A stretch of 64,000 nucleotides of DNA from Bilabrum cf. latius. Its lineage: Eukaryota. The translations under genes were made by a program, and so were the position numbers. Below are positions 26,711-40,224 of this stretch, in pieces (positions within the stretch are counted from its first letter, which is position 1; each line of letters begins with the position of its first letter). The notes beneath the pieces are model-generated. The model worked only from the letters and a program-made list of their open reading frames with translations. It had not been told where the DNA came from and made no database searches. The DNA lies in the NCBI GenBank assembly GCA_965178125.1, contig OZ237776.1, forward strand, positions 186,001-250,000, given 5' to 3'.

Positions 26711-29700
26711 TCATACGGCTGCAGCACTGGCAGGGTGGCTCTGCTCGGTGCTGCGCGGGTGACCGCTTGAGGCCTCTGGCTCGTCCAAAGCTGGGTGCGT
26801 CTTGGCGGTCTTGCTCCCGTTTCCGGTAACCTGCCCTTCGCCTCGGCAGTGGAAAACGGCCAGCCCCGCGACCAGCAGCACGACCACTCCGCCCACGAGT
26901 GCAATGCCGATGATGGCGGCGGTGGCCAGCGGCGGGTCATCACCTCCATCTTCATCTTCGATCTGGTCTCCCAGGTCGGGCCGCGTGGCTGGCACGATCC
27001 CATTGTCGATCAGCTGCTGCTCCAGCACCGTCAGGTTGGCCGAAGCTGCCTCAACGGAGGCCTCGAGTGACACCACGGTGGTGCTCAGCTGGCTCACGTT
27101 GGCATCTAGCACGTCGATGACTTCGTCCAGCTCGTCCACCTCTGCCTCCAGCAAAGACTCCTCGGTGGTGTGGTTCCTCTCCGTGGCCTCCTCCATCCCC
27201 TTGTTCCTTGACCGCTCCTCAGAGGCATCAGCGGCCGTGGCAGACGTCTCGACCAGCTCGCGGAATCCAGCGGCAAGCACCTCAATCGTCACATCAGCAG
27301 TGGACTCCAGGTCCTCAACCGCGAGTGTGGCTGACGTCTCGGCCCCGGTGTCGTTGGATACCCAGACGGGCCTCCTGTCCCGCAGCTGTAGAAGGTTCTC
27401 TCGCATCCGAAGAACCGAGCAGACCGACGATGCGTAGTCAACGGACAGGGAGTTGTAGCGGGAGAGAACGTTCTCTGAGAAGTTCTCCGGGAGATTCTCG
27501 TCGGCGAGCGATCCGTTCAACCGAGCTAGCTCAACTGACAGTTCTCCTTTGTAAGACTCAACGGACAGGTACCGACGGTGTAGGCCGGAGACTTGTTTGA
27601 TGAGGCGGTCGATCCAGCTCTGCTGAGTGGGCCGCAGCGACGTGGCGTTCTCGAACTGGGACGGGAGCTTGCGGAACTCAATGGTGCAGTCGACGTCGAT
27701 CGGAGCATCCATCACCTGGCCAGTGCTGTCGATGTCAAGCCCAGCAGTAGACAGCCCGTCAGCGAAGGCCTCGAAGGCGAGCTCGCGCACGTGCGGGCTC
27801 CTGCTGGACATGCCTGGCACCCTGCCCGACTTCTTCTTCTCTTTGGACACCTTCTCGATCTTGCCCTACACCTTGTCGTACTGCTTCTTCTCTTTGGAAC
27901 CTGACCGAGGCCCGCCATCACTGTTGCTGATTCTGTCACCTCCACCTCCACCACCACCACCACCGCCACCGCCACCGCCTTGCATGCGCCTGGCATTCGG
28001 ACCGAAAAGTTCCAATGCGATGTCTCGCTGCGGGCAGTAGTTTCCTGAATTCTCGTCGTTCACGTTGCTGTCCTCTTCCGCGCTCACCATGTTGGTAATA
28101 GTCCTGCGAGCAGCGACTGAGGCATCCAGTCCGCCGGTGTCAATGGAACCCCCGATTGATGCCCCAACCGGCATATCTCCGAATTCGTAGTTACTCTGGA
28201 ACGCCATCGACATCCCGACACCCACTCCAGCGACGGTACCGGAGATGTCCACTTCGTACCCGTCGCCACAGATGGCCGACTTGCTCTCCATCACCCCGAT
28301 GTCGAATCCGGCTTCAACAGCCGGTAGTGCAGCTGCGACGCCCCTGCCCATGCCAATGTAGCAACCCCTATCGCCGCGTTTGTCAAGCCACAGCCCCACA
28401 TCAAACTGATACTACTCTAGGACCGATGTGTACGTAACACCCACTCCCATGGTGAATGCTGGGACTCGCCATCCCGTGAGAAAGCAGGCTTCCACCGTCG
28501 GGAATGATTCCATCAGGTCAATCCAGCACTCGGTGATGGGCGCAACCAGCTCGATACCGTCCCAGATTAGCCCGCAGGTCGCCTCGGTGATGTACTGGTC
28601 TGTAACGATCCTTTGCAGGTCGATAATCCCCTGTGGATCTTCGAGAAGGTCCTTGAGCGCCCGGACCATGCGAAAGGGTGACTGCTGTACCTGGTTCGAG
28701 AAAGCGTACCCCGAACACTGGCCGACCGACTTGAGGTCGTTCACAGACGGCCAAGAGCCGCTCAGCGAAAAACAGGACAGGATCTGCTTTGCCAGCTCAA
28801 CGGCTAGCTCCGCGACGTCGACTCCGAATCCCTCCACTTGGTCCCAAATGTCGGCGAACTCGTTGCACGTCGCCAGGCAATCGTCGTACTGGCTCTCGCA
28901 GGCACCTTCACAGTTCCCGCAGGACTCGTCGCATGATGTCGTGCACTACTCGTCACACCCTCCCACGCAGTTTTCATCGCATGCTAGCGTGCAGCCACCG
29001 TCGCAGTCGGTGGTGCACGCGTCATCGCAGCTTCCGGCCTTGGCACAGCCCGCGTCACATGAGGTGCTGCAGGTGTTGTCACACGATCGCGTGCAGGCCT
29101 TGTCGCACGACTTTACTCCCCACTTGTCACACCCACCGATGCAGCCCTTGTCGCAACCACCAAGGCAGTTCCCGTCACAATCGCTGGTGCACACGCCGGC
29201 GCTGTCGCAACCAGAGACGCAGGTGCCGTCGCAGCTGGTGGTGCATCCGCCGTCGCACCCAGCCGTGCAGCCATCATCACATCCCGCAAAGCACGGCGCA
29301 CCGTCACATCCGCAAGCCTTCGGCTCGAGCTGGCAGAGACCGTTGCAGACGGACCTGGCTGTCCCACACGTGCTGGCGCAGGTGGACGAGAGCCGCCGGG
29401 CCCGACCCAGGCTGCTCGTCTCCTCGGCGATGTGCACGGCCGTGGTCGCAGGTACCTTTTCATGCTGCATCACTTCGTACGGGCTGATGGGACCGGGCTT
29501 GTGGACGATGCTGGACCGGAGTGAAGACCTGAGCGAAGCAGTTGATGCTGCGGCACTGGACGGTGAAGACGAGGATGATGTTGAAGCCCGTGCGCGGGTG
29601 TGCATCGTGGCGAAGAACCTGCGGATCCCAGCGGCAACTGCCATCGGGTCCTTCAGTCGATGGATCAGTGCACGGATCGTTTGCTCCACGGCCTTGTGCG

Positions 29701-31051
29701 AGTCGGTCAGCTGCTGATAGGAGGCGATGTGAGCGGTCGTCTTGAACTCGGTGCGGGAAACGAGCTGCCTGCCGAGCTTCAGGGCTTCACTCTCGATGTG
29801 AGAGAGCACCTGCAGGTGATGCTGCATCAAACCTGAGAGAACACTCCGATCATCACTCGTCACACCATTGCCCTTGGTGCTGGGCTTCGTGCCCGCCAGC
29901 GCGGCCTGAACAGCTGACATGTCCCCTCTCACAGCGGCTCTCTTCACCTTGGCAAGGTCCCACATGGGCAGCAGAGACCGCAGCTGGATCCCCTCCTCCC
30001 CTTGGCTGGCCAGTCGGACTGCCTCGCGAAGTACTGCACTCGTCACACGAAGCTGCCCATTGGGAGACTCGCCGGAAGCGGTTTCGTCGTCGCCCGCGGT
30101 GGAGCCTGCTGCATCGATGATGGCACCTTCGAGGTCCATCCACTGAAGGTTTGTTCGTTCTAATCCGATGGTAAGATGTGCTGATAGACCCGAGCCGGAC
30201 GCCTCGACGGCGGCGTGGATCACCCCCTTGGGCATGTAGAGGAAACCGCCCTGCTTGGTCAAGATCTGCTCGCACTCCATGCCCGGGATGCCGGTCGTCT
30301 CGTTCCACGAGGATCCGCCGTACTGCGTGCATCCTTCTTGTTGGTTCTTGCATGCCTCTGCGATCTCGGCGCGCTCGGCCTGCGACTTGTGCTCGCTCAG
30401 ATCGGGCAGAGGGACGCAAACGGTCCAGCGCTTGCTCCCAATCAGCTGCGTGATCACAGTGTCCCAGCGGTCCGTGTGCGGGTTCAGGGCCACGGAGCCC
30501 GGACCACCGACGTAGAGATTGGAGGATACCGGCATCCCGAAGGTGTCCCGGGCGAGGTGTCTCACATTTCCGAGAAATGGATCCGCGTCGACAACATGCG
30601 CAACGATCGCTCCACCCGCGTCTATGTGCTCCAGCACTTCGTTCGAAGTCGTTCCTGCAGGCCACGCTCGCATGCTACCCTTAACAGAGTATTCCACCGC
30701 ACCTTGGCGCGCAAGAGCGGCGTCCAGCAGTTCCTTGAGGGCACCCTTGTCGAAGTTGAAGGGCGTGCTCGTTGAATCGGTTTCCGCGGTTTCCTCGACT
30801 TTTAGGAAAGTCTGACCATCTGCGACCTTGGAGGATTGCGTCGAGGACGCGAACGCAATCTGTCGGGATATATCGTTCTCGAAAAAGGCATGCGCATCCA
30901 TGTTTGGTGCAATCTGTCCAAACAGGCCTTGCTTGTCTAGGGGGCCTACCCCTTCCGTCAGACGGGGAGTGGCTGACGTATGCGACGCGCCCGTAGACAG
31001 TCCCGCAGCGTAAGCCAGTGATGCAATTGCAACAGAGCTTAACATTTTCAT
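26711..31051 (-). CDS. 1446-aa type I membrane protein: signal peptide, JmjC/cupin 2OG-oxygenase (NO66/MINA53/ROX-like), CxxxC-rich repeats, coiled coil, TM helix
   Basis: Four ORF-track pieces join through TAG at 28946, 28412 and 27866; ends at TGA 26711. Signal-like MKMLSSVAIASLAYAAG. Motifs SNLY...LNPHTD...QLIGSKRW, LYMPKGVIHAA, SAHLTIG. TM AIIGIALVGGVVVLLVAGLAVF. Confidence 0.85.
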
Positions 31052-32173
31052 TGGCGTGCAGGCAAAGTCAAGACTGATTCTCCGAAGCAAAAAATGTGAG
31101 GAAATAGATCGCAAGATTCGGTCGCTGTTCGCGGTTTCGCAGGCTCCGAGTTCGAGTCCGGTTCCGTTTGCGCGGCGCCTTGGTAGCTGCGAAGCCGACT
31201 TCATATTCTTGATCCCATACATACTCACTTTAACAGCGCCAGCCCATGGGTCAATTCTGCAACTCAGCACAAGTGTGCGTGAGGCTTGCACCTCTGAGGC
31301 TAAGGCCGAGCTTTGGACGCAGCGCTTGGGCAAGTCGACAGGTCGTGTGAGGTCGTGAAGATGAAGGCCATGGATGACTAAAGTAGGTCTGGAACAGGGG
31401 TGACGGTAAGTGGCAGGCACACGCAGGGCAGGATCGTGTGAAGGGGGCCGTGGTACCCGGATCAGTCCAGGAAAGGTATTAGGGGGGATATCGAAACCAG
31501 CAGACCACAGATCAGCCTTGTTCCTTCAACCGTACGTCAAGAGAAAATTTTCCTGCTCACGGTCCCACGGACCCGCTGGGCTTCACGCCGAATCCGGATG
31601 ACAGGTTCGTCACCGGTCCGTCTGAATGCCGTATACCCCTTATATAAGGAATGTACACACCACTTTCCCACTGCACGTCGACTGGCCATATCGCTGCATG
31701 GCTTCCCTGTCACGTTCCCCGCCCAAACATCCTTGTGTGCAGCTCGTGTGCAGCTCCCTGCATCGCCACCTTGGCCCTACCGGATCCTTTCAGCTTGCTC
31801 GCGCCGGTCCTGGCCGACCAGCCGTGCGCCCCATCGGATCTATCCACCCGCCTGTTAGCCCTCTGCGCGCTGCTCGCCTTGCAGCCCGCCGCCACCCGCG
31901 TTTCTCTCCTGCCTGGCATGCGAAGCCCCTTTCCACCCGCTATGTTCTCCCTATTGACACTGCACTATCGTCGCCTGTGCCGGTATCCCCCCCTTGTTCC
32001 TCTCTGCCTCGCCGGCGCCCACCTGAACTTCCGAATCTTCTATGGTCTCCATCGCCTCAATCCTGACGTCCAAACACATAGGCCTATACCAAGAGGATGC
32101 ACTGCATTCCCCCATTCAAATGCAGTTATCGGAAGAATCGACGTCGCGTTGAGCAGCACCATGCAAGCCATCG

Positions 32174-35100
32174 TCAATCTAATGGTGAATTTCCAGCTGT
32201 TGCCGATCGCACTGCACTTATATGCACTTCTTTCGCGCTCGCAGGCTTGCCCAGCACCGCATCCAGCCCCTCCGCCTTGAAAGCCTCCAAGTCCTCGCCC
32301 AAAGCATCCCCCGTCAGGCCCACTATCACGAACCGAGACCCGAACTCTCCACGGATCGACCGCGTCGCCTCCACGCCGTCCATCACTGGCATCGACTTGT
32401 CCATCGTGATCAGGCCCAGGCACTCCACCCCCGGCCCCGCCTCCATGGCCCGGGCCCGGCACGCCTCCACTGCCTTCTGCCCGTCCTTGGCCTGGTGCAC
32501 GGTGTATCCGAGCCTGCGCATGCCCCTGGCAAGCAGCTTCCTGTTGGTGGGCACGTCATCCACGATGAGGCACCACGCCTTGAGGGCGTCAAGGGGCGGG
32601 GGGGCTGGTGCACCACCGTGCGATGCACTTGCTCGCTCCTCGATGGGGCGGCGAACTAGCCCAGAGTAAGGCCCCGTCGCTGTCGGAGCGCTACCAAGTT
32701 GGTCCACCTTGTGAGTCGAGCCAGCGACGTTCGCTTTGGCGACACCAGTTCTGGAAGCACCGGCATCCCACCGCTTTGCAGAGGTAGCATTAGCATCTCT
32801 TGGCATGGCTACCTATGCTGACGTAGCAACTGTTGCGCTCGGTTCTCGCGCCTCAATATCACCGCTCTATGCATCGGCAGCACCGCCACAAGGCAATGCG
32901 CCTGAGGAGTCGCGAACAGCCCCCCAGTTGCTTGGTTCCGTGGCAGCTTGCTGTACACCTTTGCGACTTTCACTTACTGCCGTTCCCGCGGTCAGCGAGC
33001 ATGTGCCTATCTCAATCGAACGAGCGGTAGCTGATCGGCCACCGCGTGTTGAGTCAACCTGCAAACCCTCAGAAACGCGCCTCGTGGTCGTGGACCGCCC
33101 AACCAGTTTCGCACTTGGACCAGGAACCGGGCTGTGGTCAACCAAATTCCCATCATCAGCCGCTTCAGCAACCTCCTGGATGCTGTACAAGCGAGCTGGT
33201 CCACCGCTTGTGCTAGCGCTGCGGTATCTGCCAAACCTATTGGCAATGCTAGTGGATGCTGATGATGACGTACTGTGGCCGGCTTGGGCAGGTGGAGGCA
33301 GTTCTTCTGGGCCACCGGACTTAGAGCTATGCGAGTCAGCAGCAGCAGACGATGGATCGCCACGCCGCGATTGGGACAGCACGGTCACAGGTTGAAACTC
33401 CAGCTAGGAATTCCGCCTTGAACGAAGAGGTGAGTGTAGGTGTGGGTGTGGCAGTGGGTGGCCATTCTCGTCAACAGGCGCGGCTTCAGCTTCTTCAAAT
33501 GATTGATGCAGGAGATCGTGGCCCAAGCCCGCTTCGAACTCGAACGTGAACACGCTGCCCTTGCCCTCCCCCTCGCTCGATGCCACTAGATCGCCCCCCA
33601 TCTGACGAGCGATCCCGCGGGAGATGTAAAGGCCCAGACCGGAGGAAGAGCCCGTGTACTCGACGCCGTGCCTGGCCTGCTTGTAGGGTGTGAAGAGCTG
33701 TTTGATGTCGTCTTGTGCCATGCCGCAGCCAGTGTCGGTGACAGTTGCGACAATGCAGATGTGCGAGCGATCGGCAGCAGCTGTCTCTTGTGGCCTCGGG
33801 GTAGGCGTGTAAGGGTGCTTCTGATGCTAGGCCTAACGCATGTCATCGTTGTTGATTTGGCCGCCGGTGTCCGCTGCAACTTTGGGCTTAGACTCAGGCG
33901 GGCTAGCCTTGCTTTCCGCGGACCCCAAATCTACTTCAATTCCATAAGCTCCCCTGTCAGCAGTAGGAAGCGACTGGGCCTACTTCGAAGTTAAGTGCAC
34001 CGAAACGGTGCCCCCCCTTGGAGTGAATTTCAGCGCGTTTGACACCAGATTTGCGAGCACCTGCTTGATACGCACCGGGTCGCCGCGAATGTGAGAAGGA
34101 ACGTCCTGCGCTGCATGCGCATCGAGATCCAGCCCATTGTGGTCAGCCGTACGATGGAACGTGGACACCATGTCAGACAGCAGCTTCCGCACGTCCACCA
34201 CCTCGTCCCTTAGCCTGAGCCTGCCCTGCTCGATGCGCTGGGCCTCGAGCACGTCGTCGAAGATGCACTGCAGTCCCTTGCACCCTTCCTGCTGGGACCG
34301 GAGCACGTCATTGGCGTCCAGCACCGATGCCTTGAGCTTGCTGTCCAGCGCCACAAGCCGGGACATGGCGACATTACTTTGGCTCTCCCTGGATCCCTAT
34401 TCAGAGCTCTTGGACTGTACGCGAGTTGTCCTACTGCCCCCCTCTTCCACATTCTGCTTGCCGTCCTAGCGCATGTGCAGTAGAACCTCCCTGAGCGCAC
34501 GCCTGTGCTCTCCGATCTCCTTGAGGCTCTCCTGCAGCTCCTGCACCGACAGCGACACCGCCTGAAGAGGCACCCGGGCCTCGTGGAAGATGTACCTGGT
34601 GAACTGCTGGATGGTGCTGAGGCGGGCATCGGCGGCTTCTCGCTTCCACTTCTGCGACTCGGCGGCCTGTTTGGCCACCTTCATGACGTCATTGTGCACG
34701 ACGGAGAGAGCCAGCGCGCAGCGGAGCAGCACGACAGCGCAGTCGGCAATGGCTGTGGCTTGTTCGGATATCTCTCGTTGGAAGCCGAACCATGTGACCC
34801 CGTGGTAGTCGAGAATGTAGACAAATCCCCAAAGCACGAGTCCAACGACTAGAGCGTACTGCACCGGGGTCGTTTCTGATGATGCATACTTTTGTGCGCC
34901 TTGGTTCTGGCTAGCCTCACTTGCGATCGGAACTCCTGCAGTGTTGCTAGCAATTGTGCGACCTCCTTGTGCGCCCGACCGGTCGATAGGGCCCGCAGCA
35001 TCAAGCGCTTCCCGTGCGACTGCGACACTGGTAGTGCCCCTGCCACATAAACACAACTTTGCGTTGCATTCTCTGCCAGGTGCGCACATCCAGAACCGGG

Positions 35101-35907
35101 GCGAGCACACGCCCTGGCACAGCCAAGCGTCCGAAACACCGCTTGGTGCACCGGGCTCGCGAACCCGGCCGCACGATGCCCATGACCCGACCCATACATC
35201 CAGTGGGCCTTGAAATGGTTCCGCCAGCATAATGCATGCAAGCAGTGGATACGTGGAGACTGCAATCACGATACACGCGACGTCGAACAGCCAGTGGAAC
35301 GTATACACTGGCATCAAGCAGGATATGCAGGTGAGTAACATGCAGATGAAGTACGCTACGAGTCGCTCACTGCGAATCGATATTGCAATGGAAACATCTA
35401 CGCTGGTAGCAAGCACGAGCGAGCCGACATAGAGCCAACGCTGAGCCAGCACGAGCTCCCCGTTGGACAATCGCACGTTCGATATGCCTTCTCCAAGTTG
35501 AATGATGGGTATGGCAACCTGCAAAAGATATGAAAGCAATAATCAAATTCAGGCATATGATGTGCGCATACTCATGGCGCAAACTACCACAAAACGAGAT
35601 AGCAAGCAACTCGATTGGTTGCACTGCAGCTCACAGCGATGTTCACAGCGGTCGCTGCAATTAAGTAGAGCTTTGTTCGACTCATAGGCCACATATATGC
35701 TGCAAAGCACGTGAACATGCTAAGCACGGCTAGAATCCCTCCCGATGCGGTCCTTAGACTCTGCAGGCTGATAGAAAGTTCATAGTTGGCATTCAAGCCG
35801 TTAGCAAGGGCATCATCGGCAATAGAAAGCACTGCTAATACAATTCCAAGTAGAGAAGTACCAGCATAGTAGACATTATCTCGCCAGTCGGTCTGAACGA
35901 GTGTCAT
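32174..35907 (-). CDS. Hybrid histidine kinase 2; intron 35519-35634
   Basis: Same domain order and intron position as HK1; 8 in-frame TAG; ends at TGA 32174. Confidence 0.88.
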
Positions 35908-36044
35908 TCTCGTCGAATCGTGCCGGAAATGGAGAAGGGCGTTGCGATCTGATGACAATCTGCCAGTCGGTGAGAAATGCTCGTCACATGGATCCGTAGG
36001 CCCTAACCCTAATTTCAAGGTCCGCATGATAGAAAGCCTTCGCA

Positions 36045-39000
36045 TCACGTGCATGCAACATACTACCTACAAACCACGTCTACTTCTTTCGCGCTCGCAG
36101 GCTTGCCCAGCACCGCATCCAGCCCCTCCGCCTTGAAAGCCTCCAAGTCCTCGCCCAAAGCATCCCCCGTCAGGCCCACAATCACAAACCGAGACCCAAA
36201 TTCTCCACGGATCGACCGCGTTGCCTCCACGCCGTCCATCACTGGCATCGACTTGTCCATCGTGATCAGGCCCAGGCACTCCACCCCCGGCCCCGCCTCC
36301 ATGGCCCGGGCCCGGCACGCCTCCACTGCCTTCTGTCCGTCCCTGGCCTGGTGCACGGTGTATCCGAGCCTGCGCATGCCCCTGGCGAGCAGCTTCCTGT
36401 TGGTGGGCACGTCATCCACGATGAGGCACCATGCCTTGAGGGGGTCAAGGGGCGAGGGGGCTGGTGCACCACCGTGCGATGCAGCTGCAGATTTCGGCTG
36501 CACAGCTGCGCCATCACCTTTATCAGCGAGTGGATCGGTGTCAGATATCCCTGGGCTGTCACTGCATACTGCTACTTTACATGCTTCAGAGGCTTGCGGT
36601 ACACCAGGACACATGCTGGTCGATGGAAGGGAGCCCGATGGCCGCAAAGGGTGCGATGGGCCGTCCGCTGCGCCTGCCACAACCTTCGCATGCTCCCCTA
36701 GCCCCCACCTCCCTTGCTTGGATGAAGCACTGGCAGACTAACTGACTGGCACGTGGACAGTGGCAGGCATAGGACGCGTATTGCTTGCCATGTCTGCGTT
36801 CTGAGCTCGCTGCGCCTACCCGGCATGAAAGTTGTTGCTAGTATACGAACCCAGGGTGGTAGAGGCTGCCTCCAGCCCGGTTGGCTCCTGCTGCAAGGGC
36901 AAGTGCTGGCATACAGGGCTCCCCCGATTTGGGGTAGGCACTGCCTCGGGGCTAGACTTGCCGATGCTATCCTGTGCCGATGTGCATGTAATGACGATGC
37001 TTCCCTCGTCTCTAGTCGAATTTCTCTATGCTTGCAGCACTAGTTGCAGGCCAATTGGATTGCTTGGCTGGCCACTTGCGTCCTGTGTCGGCTGACCACC
37101 CTTGTCCTGGCTCTGGTTACCCCAAGCTGAGCTGGTGCGATGGGATGTAGACATTGACATGGACCGCAGTCGCAGCACTCCTGACCCGCCGGAGGAAGCA
37201 CTCAACTAAAGGTTGCCTTTGTCGCCCGGTCTGGCCTTGACCTTGCTTCGGATCGGCCCGTTGCCGTGCCGCGAAAGATGCCTGTGCCTGTTGTCTGCAG
37301 ATGGAAGCAGCTGCACACCACCACTGGCATCCAGGCTGCCATTCCGGCCTGGAACATCAGTGCATGCATCGATGGCAGCCTCGAACTCGAACGTGAACAC
37401 GCTGCCCTTGCCCTCCCCCTCGCTCGATGCCACCAGATCGCCGCCCATCTGACGAGCGATCCCGCGGGAGATGTACAGGCCTAGACCGGAGGAAGACCCT
37501 GTGTATTCCACTCCGTGTCTGGCCTGCTTGTACGGTGTGAAGAGCTGTTTAATGTCATTTTGTGAAATACCGCAGCCAGTGTCGGTGACGCTGGCGGTGA
37601 TCACGTGTGTTGCCTATACCGCCATGTCCTCGTAGGCTACAGCCGATGCTGCCGATCCCGAGTCGGCAGCTGCTTCGCCACTTTGCGCCATTCTGCCAGT
37701 GCTGATGCTTGATGCGACGCGGCCTGATCGAGCTCGCCGACTACTGTGTGCACCGCCAGATGAGGCCGGCACGGACGGACCACTGCCATGCTTGCCACCC
37801 AAAGTGCTTGCATCACCGTCCAGTTTCCTGCAGCAAACAAAGACTGATACCGTGCCTCCTTTTGCAGTGAATTTCAGCGCGTTCGACACCAAATTAGCAA
37901 GCACTTGCTTTATCCGAACTGGGTCCCCGCGGATGTGAGAAGGCACGTCCTGCGCAGCATCTGCCCGAAGATTCACGCCGTGCTTCTCGGCTGTGCGTCG
38001 GAACGTGGACACGATGTCTTGCAGCACCTGCGCCACGTCCACCGCCTCGTCCCTTAGCCTGAGCCTGCCCTGCTCGATGCGCTGGGCTTCGAGCACGTCG
38101 TCGAAGATGCACTGCAGTCCCTTGCACCCTTCCTGCTGGGACCGGAGCACGTCAGCCGAATCATCTGCAGAGACTGCCTGTCTCATCTGGAGGTCAGTCA
38201 GGTGGGCAGCGATGTTCTCGAGCTAGCTAACGTGATCATTCAAAAACCCACGATCAACAGCAGGGTGCTTCGATTGAAGTTGTTCGCCTGACCTATCGGC
38301 CACCGCCCCAATACTGGTGTCTCCAGGCAGATGACGCTTAGCGGCGACAACCGATCGTGACAGCTACGCTGACAGGTACTACAGCTGCTGACGCTGCTCG
38401 CCGATCTCCTTGATGCTCTCCTGCAGCTCCTGCACCGACAGAGACACCGCTTGAAGAGGCACCCGGGCCTCGTGGAAGATGTACCTGGTGAACTGCTGGA
38501 TGGTGCTGAGGCGGGCATCGGCGGCTTCTCGCTTCCACTTCTGCGACTCGGCGGCTTGTTTGGCCACCTTCATGACGTCATTGTGCACGACGGAGAGAGC
38601 CAGTGCGCAGCGGAGCAGCACCACCACGCAATCTGCGAGGGCCATCGCGACCGAGGATGCGCCAGGGTCAAAGTTGAGGAATCGAATGCCCTGGTATTGC
38701 AGGATGTACACAAAGCCACCTGCAATCATTCCAATGATAATGTAGAACTACCGTTGCCGCGTCCCGCCGTCATCTGCGATCGGTAATGACTGGCTCCAGG
38801 TCCTGGATAAATCATCAGCGCTGTGTGCAGGTTGGCCATCGGTTCCTCTTACGTTCCTACGCCTGAGGTGGGCATCATCCGAGCGTGCCTGGCCGCGTGC
38901 AAGCGACTCGGAGTGCGCCGGCGTTGTTGGCGCATACCTTCGGTCCGGCGACGAGCCCTGGCTGCCAGAGATGCTATAGTCGCGTTTTGGCTTGGGTTTC

Positions 39001-39990
39001 TCTGTTACTGCATCCGCTTGCATAGATCTAGCCGCTGGTGAGTGATGGCTTGTTCCGGATTTTGGTCTTGGCGCAGCCGGCGATGGCGTGGGCGAAGGCG
39101 CTGCCAGCACCGATGGAGTTCTATCCAATTGTTCGCTTTCACCCTCGGAAGCGCCTGCTGTCACTGTGGGATCGTTGCTGGCGTAGCAGCAGCATCCGCG
39201 GGCCGTAATGCAGCACCGCCCGTCTACTAGCCCGTCGCACAGGACGGCGTACCTTCCTTCTTCGTCCGAATCTATGCGCCCACAAGATGCCCATGTACCG
39301 ACCCAGGCATTGCATGGGCCCTTTGATAGCTCCCCAATAACAATGCACGCAAGCATGGGAAAGAAAACTGCAGTCAGCAGCACTGACGCGAGTTCAGTTG
39401 TCCAATGAATCGGGTATGCCGTCGACATCCCTGACAGGACGGTACCGACGGTCGCTATAGTGTATGATATCATCCTTTCATCGCGAAAATTTACGGCAAC
39501 TGCAATATCAGTGCACGCTGCAAGTCCCAAAGAGGAAACATACAGCCACCGCTGCACCAACACTGGTGCATTATTCGACATTCTAACATTAGACACACCC
39601 TCGCCCAAATGTATGATAGGAATTGCTGCCTGCGACAATATTGCAAGGTTGTAGTCCGAATATGCAGCTCAGAATAGTCTGAAATCGGCTGTGCAGGTAG
39701 GCCCAGTCACGACTCACAGCTAGATTTATGATCGTTGCAGAAGCCAAGTACAACTTCGTGCGACCTGCTGGCCATACGATTGCAGTATAGCAAGTAAATA
39801 TTGTAAGCAAGACAAGGATACTTCCGGTAGCTGTGCGCAAACTCTGCAATCGAATGGGAACAGATATATCCTGTACGGTACCAGCGCTTGTTATATCATC
39901 CACCAATGAAAGGGCGATAACGATGGCTGCTAGAAGCCCACATGAATGAAAGAATGTGTTCGCACGCCATCCATTCGATGAAAGGGCCAT
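36045..39990 (-). CDS. Hybrid histidine kinase 3; intron 39630-39717
   Basis: The gaps between ORF-track pieces contain only TAG; ends at TGA 36045. All HK and REC motifs are present. Confidence 0.88.
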
Positions 39991-40224
39991 TTCAGTACTG
40001 AAATGTCGTTGGTCGCTGTGCTGGTGCTCGGTCGCAAGCACAAATTATACATACTACTAGTAAAGTACACTAATCAAATTCTAGCATGCAGCAAGTTGCC
40101 AGCAACCCTAACCCCAAAACCCTTATTTTAGCAAACACTGAGGCACATTTAAAGTTTCATCTTCACGCAACGCACAGCATCAACAAATTCAGAAGAGAAT
40201 CAACGAGCGATAACACTCAGGACG

